IMG/VR virus record: IMGVR_UViG_3300037419_001349
Span: 1-34,236 of that record
Length of the DNA: 34,236 nt
Reading direction: 5' to 3' (one strand)
Source of the DNA: a virus
Lineage: Duplodnaviria > Caudoviricetes
The translations under genes and the position numbers were made by a program. Positions 18,086-25,402 of the stretch are shown piece by piece; the stretch's first letter is position 1; each line of letters starts with the position of its first letter. The notes under the pieces were generated by a model. The model worked only from the letters and a program-made list of their open reading frames with translations. It ran no database searches and had not been told where the DNA came from.

Positions 18086-18250
18086 TCTAAGCCGCCGTCG
18101 CCCGGCGAAAGGCGATGCAGCGTGGCGCCAGCCGTCAGCCGGGAAGCAAGCCGGCCAGCGCCACTGACCATCCACCAACGCGAAAGGTCCGCGCTAGCGA
18201 TGGCTGAGCCCAACCTGTGCCGAAACACCCAAGCTGCGCAAGCCTGACGG

Positions 18251-18619
18251 ATGGAAGAGATCGTCACGAAAACCGCGGGCGACCTCGCCCTTCAAGGCTC
18301 GGGCTGGGCCTGCGCGGTGATCCTCGGCTTCTACTGCTATCTGCTCTCGAAACGCATCAACGAGCTACACGCCCAGTTCGTCGGGCTGATCACGACGACG
18401 ACGACGACTGCGGAGAGGGGCACGTCCGCCATCCTCGCGCAGACCGCGGCCCTGGAGCGGATGCAGGCCGCTCAGACGACAGCAGCTCAAGCCCTTCAGG
18501 AACAGTCACACGAGACCGCGACCGAGATCCGAGAGGTTCGTCACGCGGTCGGAAACCACCACGCCTCCGTCAATGCCATCGTCAACCTGCTCGTTCGTCG
18601 TGATCAGGGGGCCGCATGA
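18251..18619 (+). CDS. Single-TM coiled-coil protein (lysis cassette)
   Basis: TM WACAVILGFYCYLL then helical Ala/Thr/Gln region; ATGA overlap with the next gene. Confidence 0.65.
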   Translation: MEEIVTKTAGDLALQGSGWACAVILGFYCYLLSKRINELHAQFVGLITTTTTTAERGTSAILAQTAALERMQAAQTTAAQALQEQSHETATEIREVRHAVGNHHASVNAIVNLLVRRDQGAA

Positions 18620-18906
18620 TCTGGAGGCGCCTGATGTCGTGGCTGATACCTAATCGCGCCCATGCCGAGCGTGAGCGCTTGACGGCTGTGCTGGCTGAGA
18701 GCGGCAAGGCGCGCGAGCAAGCCCAGAAGGTCGCTCATCAAGTGGCGAGGTCGGCCAATGAGGATCTGAAGACCATCGAAGCGACCCGCCGCGAGACGCG
18801 CCGCCGCAGCGATCAACGGCTTGAACGAGAGCGGCGCCGTTCCGGTCAGGAGCCGGGTCTCGCCGCCGCAGTGAATGCCCTAAAGCTCCTGGAGCGCCGA
18901 CATTGA
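18616..18906 (+). CDS. Basic coiled-coil hypothetical protein
   Basis: 96 aa, translationally coupled on both sides. Confidence 0.6.
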   Translation: MIWRRLMSWLIPNRAHAERERLTAVLAESGKAREQAQKVAHQVARSANEDLKTIEATRRETRRRSDQRLERERRRSGQEPGLAAAVNALKLLERRH

Positions 18907-19469
18907 CCCTCGCCGCACGCTTCCGCCGCAGCATTACGCTCTGGATCGGGCTCGCTCTATCGCTTTGTTATTGGGCCGTCGCCCCGTTCCTAGCCACCAA
19001 CGCTCAAACGGAGTGGCTGCGGGTCGGGATGATCATTTTCAGCGGCGCCGCGATCCTGGCATGGCTCCCGGCATTCCGGGAAATCATCCTGCGGCCTTCC
19101 CCGGTGGAGGCTCAGCAGAGCATTGTGGGGCAGGTGCTGTTCTTGAGCGGGGTGTTCGGGAGTGCGATTTGGCTCCTGCTCTGGCGCGCGGCCGGGTTCC
19201 CGGCTTGGATGATCCAGTCCGACATCAACGGCTTCTGGCTCTGGCTGGAAACCCTGGGCTGCATCTTCTCTTTGATTGCGCCGAAGGACATGGCCAAGGT
19301 GCCGCCGCGGACGCGATGGGAGCGCGTGTGGATCGCCCTGATCCTCACTGTGGTTTCGGGCTATCTGCTGATCGTGGCCCATCCCGATCTCGCCCCCCTC
19401 GTCGACTGGCTGAAGGTCTACCTCTACGACGATCACGCAGGGCTGCTATGGAGATCGCCGCACGCCTGA
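18903..19469 (+). CDS. Multi-pass membrane protein (about 5 TM)
   Basis: Five hydrophobic stretches; last gene of the late operon before the terminator. Confidence 0.7.
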   Translation: MTLAARFRRSITLWIGLALSLCYWAVAPFLATNAQTEWLRVGMIIFSGAAILAWLPAFREIILRPSPVEAQQSIVGQVLFLSGVFGSAIWLLLWRAAGFPAWMIQSDINGFWLWLETLGCIFSLIAPKDMAKVPPRTRWERVWIALILTVVSGYLLIVAHPDLAPLVDWLKVYLYDDHAGLLWRSPHA

Positions 19470-19525
19470 CCCGGAGCCGCGCCTCCCGACGCGCCTAGAC
19501 CAAGATCCCAGACGAGACCCGAGAA

Positions 19526-19556
19526 CCCGCCCGGCCTAGCCGCGGCGGGCTTTTTT
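19526..19556 (+). terminator. Rho-independent terminator of late operon
   Basis: CCCGCC...GGCGGG stem followed by CTTTTTT. Confidence 0.8.
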
Positions 19557-19606
19557 GTCCCTGCAATCCGGATCAGCACGGATGCCGCTCCGGATTTGGA
19601 TCGGCG

Positions 19607-20362
19607 CTACGCCGCGACGATGCGCGGTCGCGCGTATTCTTGGTTGGCTTCGACGAAATCCTGGAACGGATGCCCCGGCTTGAACGCCATGAAGATGCTG
19701 CGGTCCCGCCCGGCGCTAGGTGTCTCGTATTCCAGTACCGTCTCGAACCCGTAGTGCTTGAGCAGGGCATGCATCAGGAGCGAGTTCGGTCCCCATCCGT
19801 GTTGCGGTCGCGTCGGCGGGTTGTTCTCGCCCCGGTAAAAGACCATGACCGGCCGCGGGTTGTCCTGATTGTCGATCACGGTCTCGACGGTAAGGACGTG
19901 TTTGGCGATCTTGGACATGCGCTCGATGGCGTTGATCGGGTCGACGATGTGATAGACGATACCGTTAAATAGAACGATGTCGAAGGTTCCGACCGTTTCC
20001 GGCGACATCTCCGGAATGTCGATGAGCTTGTCTTCGATCTTCGATCCGAGCGCGCCCTTGGCGAACTCGAATTGAGCGCGACCGTTGCCATTGACCCAGC
20101 AGAACTTGTCCACGGCCAGGACTCGAGAGGCTCCGCGCTTTTCGGCCTCAAAGCTGTAAAACCCGTTCCATGCGCCGACATCGAGAATGGACCGCCCCTC
20201 GATACCCATCCGAAACAGTATGTTGGCAACCGTCATATGGTGTTCGTGAACACCGTGGTCCGGCGCGATCACGCCGTTACCGTAGTCGATGCTGTGATAC
20301 CAGCTGCCGAGATCCTTGACCCGCTGGTGTATTTGTTCCGGAGTCATGTCGTGCGTGGGCAA
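19607..20362 (-). CDS. Class I SAM-dependent methyltransferase (DUF1698/CmoB-like)
   Basis: WYHSIDYGNG; motif I ILDVGAWNGFYSFEA..RGA.RVLAVD; FDIVLFNGIVYH. Confidence 0.85.
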   Translation of the reverse strand: MPTHDMTPEQIHQRVKDLGSWYHSIDYGNGVIAPDHGVHEHHMTVANILFRMGIEGRSILDVGAWNGFYSFEAEKRGASRVLAVDKFCWVNGNGRAQFEFAKGALGSKIEDKLIDIPEMSPETVGTFDIVLFNGIVYHIVDPINAIERMSKIAKHVLTVETVIDNQDNPRPVMVFYRGENNPPTRPQHGWGPNSLLMHALLKHYGFETVLEYETPSAGRDRSIFMAFKPGHPFQDFVEANQEYARPRIVAA

Positions 20363-20438
20363 TGTCCTAGCTCCTCAAGCAACCGCGGCCAGACCTAGCG
20401 CGGATCTGCCACCTAGGCCAGACCCTGACGAGACCCGA

Positions 20439-20470
20439 GCCCGCCGGCCGCCGCCTCGCGGGCTATTTTC
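20439..20470. terminator. Terminator-like hairpin, second copy of the 19494-19556 repeat
   Basis: GCCCGC...GCGGGC stem followed by TATTTTC. Confidence 0.5.
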
Positions 20471-20480
20471 CTTTCTGGCC

Positions 20481-20708
20481 TCAGTCGTCCGGTTCTCCCG
20501 TCCCAATGACCTTAACCAAATCCCTGCCGGCTTTCGTCAGCAGCCAAACCGGCCGCCTCGGCCGCATCTTTGATACGCCTTCACGAACCAATCCCATCTC
20601 CACCAACCCGGCCATCACGCTCGGATAGGCTTCACGGCGCAATCCTCCAGGGCTGGCGGCAAAGGCTCGGAGGGCGGCTAGCTGGCGAGGGGTGAGCTGG
20701 GGCGGCAT
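20481..20708 (-). CDS. Small winged-helix-like protein
   Basis: LTPRQLAALR...LVEMGLV...WLLTKAGR pattern; ATG 20708. Confidence 0.6.
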   Translation of the reverse strand: MPPQLTPRQLAALRAFAASPGGLRREAYPSVMAGLVEMGLVREGVSKMRPRRPVWLLTKAGRDLVKVIGTGEPDD

Positions 20709-20769
20709 GGTGCCGAACGTAACGGGGCGGATAGCTCGGGGAAGGGCGGTGGCCCCGTCCGCCATACCC

Positions 20770-20979
20770 TCAACGCCGCGGGCGCCGCCGCTCGCGTTGC
20801 TTCCAATCCTTCCGGCGCGGTTCACGGTAGAGCCGCGGATCGAAGTCCGGCGGCGTCTCCTCGCGCTTGATCTCGACCGCGGCCACAGGCTCGACCCCTT
20901 GGTCGGCAAGAGCCTTTGCGATGGCCCCGCCGAGGCTGTTCGCTCCTCCGGCGATGATCGCCAGCCGTCGTTCCCGCAT
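20770..20979 (-). CDS. Hypothetical protein
   Basis: 69 aa with purine-rich RBS region, co-oriented with early genes. Confidence 0.55.
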   Translation of the reverse strand: MRERRLAIIAGGANSLGGAIAKALADQGVEPVAAVEIKREETPPDFDPRLYREPRRKDWKQRERRRPRR

Positions 20980-21015
20980 CCCTTGCTCTCCCTGTTGGCG
21001 GAGATCGCTTCCGTC

Positions 21016-21288
21016 TCACTCGGCCGGCAAGCTAGCGAGCACAGCCTCGGCGCGGATCAGTGCCTCACGCATCCGTGCGATGTCGTCGGCCAGATCGGCT
21101 CGGACAGAAGCAACCGGGTGGATGCTGATGCCCTCAACCTCGGCGCGGTATTCTCGCGCGGTCTTCCCGCTGAACATGCCGGCCTCGGCAATGCGGAGCG
21201 TGTATCCCTCGGCGTTGGGTCGGAACCACCCGCCGTTGCGTCGAATGAAATGCGCGTCATCGGGTAGCATGCCTGTCTCCTCTCGCAT
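21016..21288 (-). CDS. Hypothetical phage protein
   Basis: GWFRPNAEGYT..IAEAGMF motif typical of small phage early proteins; start may be ATG 21270. Confidence 0.65.
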   Translation of the reverse strand: MREETGMLPDDAHFIRRNGGWFRPNAEGYTLRIAEAGMFSGKTAREYRAEVEGISIHPVASVRADLADDIARMREALIRAEAVLASLPAE

Positions 21289-21334
21289 GGCGGAAATCCC
21301 AGAAATCGGAAATGCTCGCTAAGTGCCTGAAGTA

Positions 21335-21703
21335 TCAGGCCGGCTCCTTTGCTTGCGCCTCGTCGGTCCTAACATCGGCCCCAACACACGCGCGCACTTC
21401 GGCAAGGGCTGTCGCAACGCGTTCATGATAATCGTCCCATGCCCAATCGGATGCGAACCGCTGCGCACCCGGCTCCTCCTCACCTGTCTCCGTGTCCCAA
21501 CAGTCATGCCTAGGCCCGGCGTCGCGGACCGCGAGGTATGTGGCAACGGCCTCCCGCAGCCGCTCATTCTCGGCCCCAACTCTGGCCCCGTCAGAGGCGC
21601 GCAGGTACGCCGCGGCATCAGTCATCGACTTGCGCAGCGGTTCACTGTCAACAAATAACGCACACTGCTCTAAGCTTAGAGCGTGCTTCTCCGCGTCGGT
21701 CAT
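21335..21703 (-). CDS. Hypothetical phage protein
   Basis: 122 aa, AENERLREAV coiled segment. Confidence 0.55.
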   Translation of the reverse strand: MTDAEKHALSLEQCALFVDSEPLRKSMTDAAAYLRASDGARVGAENERLREAVATYLAVRDAGPRHDCWDTETGEEEPGAQRFASDWAWDDYHERVATALAEVRACVGADVRTDEAQAKEPA

Positions 21704-21759
21704 TTCTTGGCGCTCCCGGTAAATACTTGCTAAAATGTCCGTAATCCCAGGTATCGAAC

Positions 21760-21957
21760 TCAGCGCGGCCGACGAAGGTCTAGCAGTCTCCGTTGCGCCC
21801 GCTTAAGATCGCCCGTGTAGAGCCACCAGCCATAGGATCCGGGCGACAACCACGCCCGCGTGGCTCTCAGGTGCCGACAGGCCCAAAGCGCACGGGCGCG
21901 GGGCGTATCGGGCATGGGCTCGCCAACAAGCCCGCGCATCAAAAGTGCAGTGCTCAT
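21760..21957 (-). CDS. Hypothetical protein
   Basis: GAGGAGAG RBS; 65 aa. Confidence 0.5.
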   Translation of the reverse strand: MSTALLMRGLVGEPMPDTPRARALWACRHLRATRAWLSPGSYGWWLYTGDLKRAQRRLLDLRRPR

Positions 21958-21994
21958 CGCCCTCTCCTCAGTATGGGTTCTACCGTCTCCGCCA

Positions 21995-22243
21995 TCAGGC
22001 GGGGCGGGCGAGGGCGGCTATCGGCACGCAGCGCCAGCCGTCGCGGGCCAGATCATCGAGCCTCCAAGGATCCGCCGGCCCGAAGCAGGCTCGCAGGCTC
22101 TCGGACGCTGAGCCATGGGCGGACGGCCAGAACGGCTCACCATCGGGTCTGACGCATACGAAGCCGGTGACGGGGATGTCGCTCGTCAGCGGCGCCGTGG
22201 CCGGCGTGAGTAGTGGCACGGTCAGGTATGGATTGCTTCGCAT
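21995..22243 (-). CDS. Hypothetical phage protein
   Basis: GGAGA RBS before ATG 22243; ends W..L.RDGWRCVPI. Confidence 0.55.
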   Translation of the reverse strand: MRSNPYLTVPLLTPATAPLTSDIPVTGFVCVRPDGEPFWPSAHGSASESLRACFGPADPWRLDDLARDGWRCVPIAALARPA

Positions 22244-22331
22244 CACCGTTTCTCCGTCATTTGATAACCCGACAGCGTTTCCCGACAAGATCGGGGCTGT
22301 TTTGATGGGCTTGGGATGGGTCTGGCCGCGG

Positions 22332-22359
22332 TGTCGGGAAAACGGCCGCTAAGCCGACA
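22332..22359. repeat. 28-bp palindromic-ended repeat, copy A
   Basis: TGTCGGGAAAA CGGCCG CTAAGCCGACA; contains the stop codon of the DUF551 gene. Confidence 0.85.
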
Positions 22360-22591
22360 CAGACGGCTCGTTCTTCTTACCGGACGGCGGCGCTGGAGCC
22401 GGCATCCAATGCGTGGGCGGGAAGTGGTGCGGCCAGCGGATCCAGTCTCGGGCACCTTCACCCCACCACGCCTGATAGATGTCTGACCATCCGCTAGCGC
22501 CTGGATAGCGGGCGATCAGCAGGACGTATTGCAACTCGCCCTGCTCGTTGCGGCTGGTCTTTGGCGCCGTCGAAATCGGTTGCCAGTCCAT
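22349..22591 (-). CDS. DUF551-like phage protein
   Basis: MDWQPISTAPK...PTHWMPAPAPP. Confidence 0.85.
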   Translation of the reverse strand: MDWQPISTAPKTSRNEQGELQYVLLIARYPGASGWSDIYQAWWGEGARDWIRWPHHFPPTHWMPAPAPPSGKKNEPSVSA

Positions 22592-22605
22592 CGCCTCTCT
22601 CCTGA

Positions 22606-22633
22606 TGTCGTGAATACGGCCGCTATTCCGACA
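22606..22633. repeat. 28-bp palindromic-ended repeat, copy B
   Basis: TGTCGTGAATA CGGCCG CTATTCCGACA; 24/28 identical to both A and C. Confidence 0.85.
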
Positions 22634-22639
22634 GGTCGT

Positions 22640-23203
22640 TTAGGTTGCCCGCAGCGCCTCGTAGCGGGACAGGAACCACGCTTTGGCCTCAGCAGGCGCC
22701 ATGGTCGGAATGGTGATCGCGGCCGGCTCCCGCCCTCGCGTGTAGTTCCAATCGTCCCGGTTTCGCATAAGCTGCCGTTGCTCGGTCGCCAGCATCACAA
22801 CGTCTATTTCCTTCACTGCGGCCGGCATGGGCTGTGGAACGCCGAACCGTTCGAAGACAGCGGCCTCGATACGCTTCTCTAGCGCACGATAGTCCGGCAA
22901 CAGGTCTTTGAGCGGCTTCGCCACGTCTCCGACGAGAGCTTCTGCGGCATCGTGCATTAGGCCAGCGAAGGCATGTTCCGGCGGCACAAGCTCGGAGACG
23001 TGAACGCTGTGCTGCGCCACAGAGTAGAAGCGCTCGCAGTGCCCGGCGAACCGGCAGATGTGCGAGAGCCCATGCGCGATGTCCTCGATTGTGAACTCGC
23101 TCTGATCAGGCGCCAGGAAGTCAAAATAATTCCCGCTGGCGAGCAGGATGGTCGGGCCAACGATACGGCGGACGGTCGGGCTATAAACCTGGGCAGCTTC
23201 CAC
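22640..23203 (-). CDS. HD-domain phosphohydrolase (YfbR/5'-deoxynucleotidase-like)
   Basis: IEDIAHGLSHICRFAGH...YSVAQHSV...LMHDAAEA.VGD..KPLK. Confidence 0.9.
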   Translation of the reverse strand: MEAAQVYSPTVRRIVGPTILLASGNYFDFLAPDQSEFTIEDIAHGLSHICRFAGHCERFYSVAQHSVHVSELVPPEHAFAGLMHDAAEALVGDVAKPLKDLLPDYRALEKRIEAAVFERFGVPQPMPAAVKEIDVVMLATEQRQLMRNRDDWNYTRGREPAAITIPTMAPAEAKAWFLSRYEALRAT

Positions 23204-23243
23204 GGGTGTTCTCCTGGTCCTATTTGCGCGCTACTGCGCCGAC

Positions 23244-23271
23244 TGTCGGGAATACGACCGTTAGTCCGACA
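23244..23271. repeat. 28-bp palindromic-ended repeat, copy C
   Basis: TGTCGGGAATA CGACCG TTAGTCCGACA. Confidence 0.85.
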
Positions 23272-23305
23272 GCGCGGGGCTATGCGCTGCCGGAATGGCG
23301 CGCCA

Positions 23306-23638
23306 TCAGGGGCGGTCGCTGAAGTTAGACAGCGCCGATACCGGCACGCGGGCGCTGTATCCGAAATCGGCGTTGAGCTTTTCCGTGATCCCGACATCGC
23401 CGAAGCGTGACGCCATTACGACGCGCACTCGCTTGCCCTGATGATCTGCAAAGAGCTTCGGCGGTGGCCCGCGCCAAATGTGCGGGCGCAGCTCGGGGCT
23501 GACCCATTTTTCATCTCTCGCCGGGTAATTGCAGACGGCCGGCAGGCGCGCCCATCCGAGGTAGCGGCGCAGGCACTCGGGCTGTGCCGGATCGTCTATC
23601 AGATCGTCGCAGTGCTCGGCGGCTTGGGTGTCCATCAC
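23306..23638 (-). CDS. Conserved-looking hypothetical phage protein
   Basis: GKRVRVVMASRFGDVGIT..L..D.GY..RV motif; GAGAGGA RBS. Confidence 0.7.
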   Translation of the reverse strand: MMDTQAAEHCDDLIDDPAQPECLRRYLGWARLPAVCNYPARDEKWVSPELRPHIWRGPPPKLFADHQGKRVRVVMASRFGDVGITEKLNADFGYSARVPVSALSNFSDRP

Positions 23639-23677
23639 GTCCTCTCAAGATGTTGTGGTTCGGTTTGGGTATGCCTT

Positions 23678-23980
23678 TTAGGAACCGGCGGGCGTGAGGG
23701 CGGCGCGGACAATCTCCTCAATCCGATCTGCTCGGGCATCCCGGTCGCCGTAGATGTGATTGACCATCGGGATCTCTCGCAGGGCCTCGCGAAGCCGGGT
23801 TTTCTCCCCGTCGAGTTCGCCGAGTGCCTTGTCTGCTCGGGCCGCTGCGGCTCGAATGCGGCACAGGTCTTCCAGCAAGCGGCGGTTCTCGGCTTGAAGC
23901 TCCCGAACCTTGTCGCGCAGGGTAAAAAGCATCTGCTGCGCTACGTCCTCGGCTATGATCGTGATACCTTCGCTCATCAC
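23678..23980 (-). CDS. Hypothetical coiled-coil phage protein
   Basis: 100 aa, RLREALREI...IVRAAL. Confidence 0.6.
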   Translation of the reverse strand: MMSEGITIIAEDVAQQMLFTLRDKVRELQAENRRLLEDLCRIRAAAARADKALGELDGEKTRLREALREIPMVNHIYGDRDARADRIEEIVRAALTPAGS

Positions 23981-24078
23981 TCATTTCCTTGCATAGGAAA
24001 AATCGGGCTGTGCGGTTTGGTATGCCCTTTGTGAACCAGCGTCGGACTGGTTCAGGAAGTGGCGCTTTGCCGTTCAAA

Positions 24079-24095
24079 ACCGACCGGCGGTCGGT
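24079..24095 (-). terminator. Candidate terminator hairpin in early region
   Basis: ACCGACC-GGC-GGTCGGT perfect stem followed by TTT on the - strand. A second perfect 8-bp hairpin lies at 24032-24054. Confidence 0.45.
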
Positions 24096-24134
24096 GAACC
24101 ATCCAAGGCAGACCGGTGGGTCGGCGAACGCAAG

Positions 24135-24329
24135 CTAAGCCGCATTATCTTGCGTTGGGGGCGAGGCCCGGCGCTCCATCATGTACGCCACGGCCTCGCG
24201 CAGGATGGCGCGCACAATGGCCTCTTCGATGCCGTCCAACGAGCCGAAGGTCGTGGCTGCGCGGGCCTCGCGCATGGCCTTCATGCACCGCTCCACCATC
24301 TCGGGCTCGGGCCTGTATTCGGTCGCCAT
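24135..24329 (-). CDS. Hypothetical protein
   Basis: GAGAGGA RBS; 64 aa. Confidence 0.55.
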   Translation of the reverse strand: MATEYRPEPEMVERCMKAMREARAATTFGSLDGIEEAIVRAILREAVAYMMERRASPPTQDNAA

Positions 24330-24338
24330 CTCGTCCTC

Positions 24339-24917
24339 TCAGTCCTGCGGGGTGGTGGGGGCGAGGGCGGTTCGCTTCAGCCCGAAGTCCCGGAGCTTGA
24401 TCTTCGCCATGCGTCCGTCCGGATGGTGGAAGACCAGCCCCTCAATGTCCTTGCCGGACAGCCACTCGCGCAGGCCATCGAATGAGCGCGGCACATCGGC
24501 GTGCAGGCTCATCGTCTTATGAGCGACGAGCTCGTGCTCCGGGTGATGCTCGGCATTGCCCTGCACCTTCGGCCCAACAAGCTCATAGGTGCCATCCTCT
24601 AGCTTGTCCCACTTCTCCAATGCCGCACGGTGCCAGCGGTCTTCCGGGCCTTCTCCGACCGGCAGCCAGCCGACTGTCTTGCCGGTCTCCTCGTCGTGGT
24701 CGGCGATCTCAAAACCGGCCGGCGGCGCCTTTCCCGGCTTCACCTCGTGCCGCTTGTAGAGCCGGCCGTCGCGCACAAGACAGCACGTCCCGTCGAGCTT
24801 CTGTGTCGGCCATCCCTCGCCGGCAAAGACCCAGGCGCAGTCGCGATGCGGCACGTCCACGACGCGGCTCCTGTCGCCGTTCCAGTCGCGGTCGAAAATG
24901 GTCGGGATCTTCTTCAC
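24339..24917 (-). CDS. RNA ligase-like nucleotidyltransferase (DUF5565/RLIG1-like)
   Basis: Motif I TQKLDGTCC, GTYELVGPKVQGN, IEGLVFH, MAKIK. Confidence 0.8.
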   Translation of the reverse strand: MKKIPTIFDRDWNGDRSRVVDVPHRDCAWVFAGEGWPTQKLDGTCCLVRDGRLYKRHEVKPGKAPPAGFEIADHDEETGKTVGWLPVGEGPEDRWHRAALEKWDKLEDGTYELVGPKVQGNAEHHPEHELVAHKTMSLHADVPRSFDGLREWLSGKDIEGLVFHHPDGRMAKIKLRDFGLKRTALAPTTPQD

Positions 24918-25011
24918 GGGTTGCTCTCCTATCGTTCACGCTGAGAGTTGTGCGGTGCTCACGAGCCGCCAAGCTTTCGAGAATTGGCGATCTCGAAAGC
25001 TTCGGGTGAGG

Positions 25012-25371
25012 TCAGCCGACCTCGTAGAGGCCGCCGACCCTGACGTTGACGACGTTCGTGACGTGCGGGCGCACAATGAGACCGTCGCCGTCGAGGCTGC
25101 TTATGTTCAGCCACGTTTCGCCCTTGCTGTAGCTTCGCTCAGCCGTGATCTGGATCTTGCCGGTTGAGCCACGGAAGATCAGCCGCCGGGTCTGAAGGGG
25201 CGCGGGAAAGGCCGTCTCGTTTCCGAAATAGCCTTCAAACCAGAAACCCTGGCAGTACTCCGGATCGCCCTTGCCGAGCAGGGCGTCGCGATCCTCGCGA
25301 AGGCGTTCGACCTCGCGCCGGAGCGCTTGCATCTGATCGCGCGCCCATTTCGGCAGCTTGGTCTCGTCCAC
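25012..25371 (-). CDS. Hypothetical phage protein
   Basis: KLPKWAR N-terminus, LIVRPHVTNVVNV C-terminus; GGAGAGA RBS. Confidence 0.65.
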   Translation of the reverse strand: MDETKLPKWARDQMQALRREVERLREDRDALLGKGDPEYCQGFWFEGYFGNETAFPAPLQTRRLIFRGSTGKIQITAERSYSKGETWLNISSLDGDGLIVRPHVTNVVNVRVGGLYEVG

Positions 25372-25402
25372 GGGCTTCTCTCCGTAGTGTATGGGGGAGG
25401 GG

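Noticed and set aside
20425-20470. Hammerhead ribozyme (CTGACGA core)
   Set aside because: No GAAA core element after the stem, and the other repeat copy has CAGACGA.
22640-23203. DatZ / Z-genome pathway
   Set aside because: A generic phage YfbR-like HD protein; no PurZ or MazZ in the window.
22332-23271. 28-bp repeats as a CRISPR array
   Set aside because: Spacers are 246 and 610 bp and contain whole genes; no cas genes in the window.
22332-23271. 28-bp repeats as integron attC sites
   Set aside because: Too short, lack RYYYAAC/GTTRRRY ends, and no IntI-type integrase is seen.
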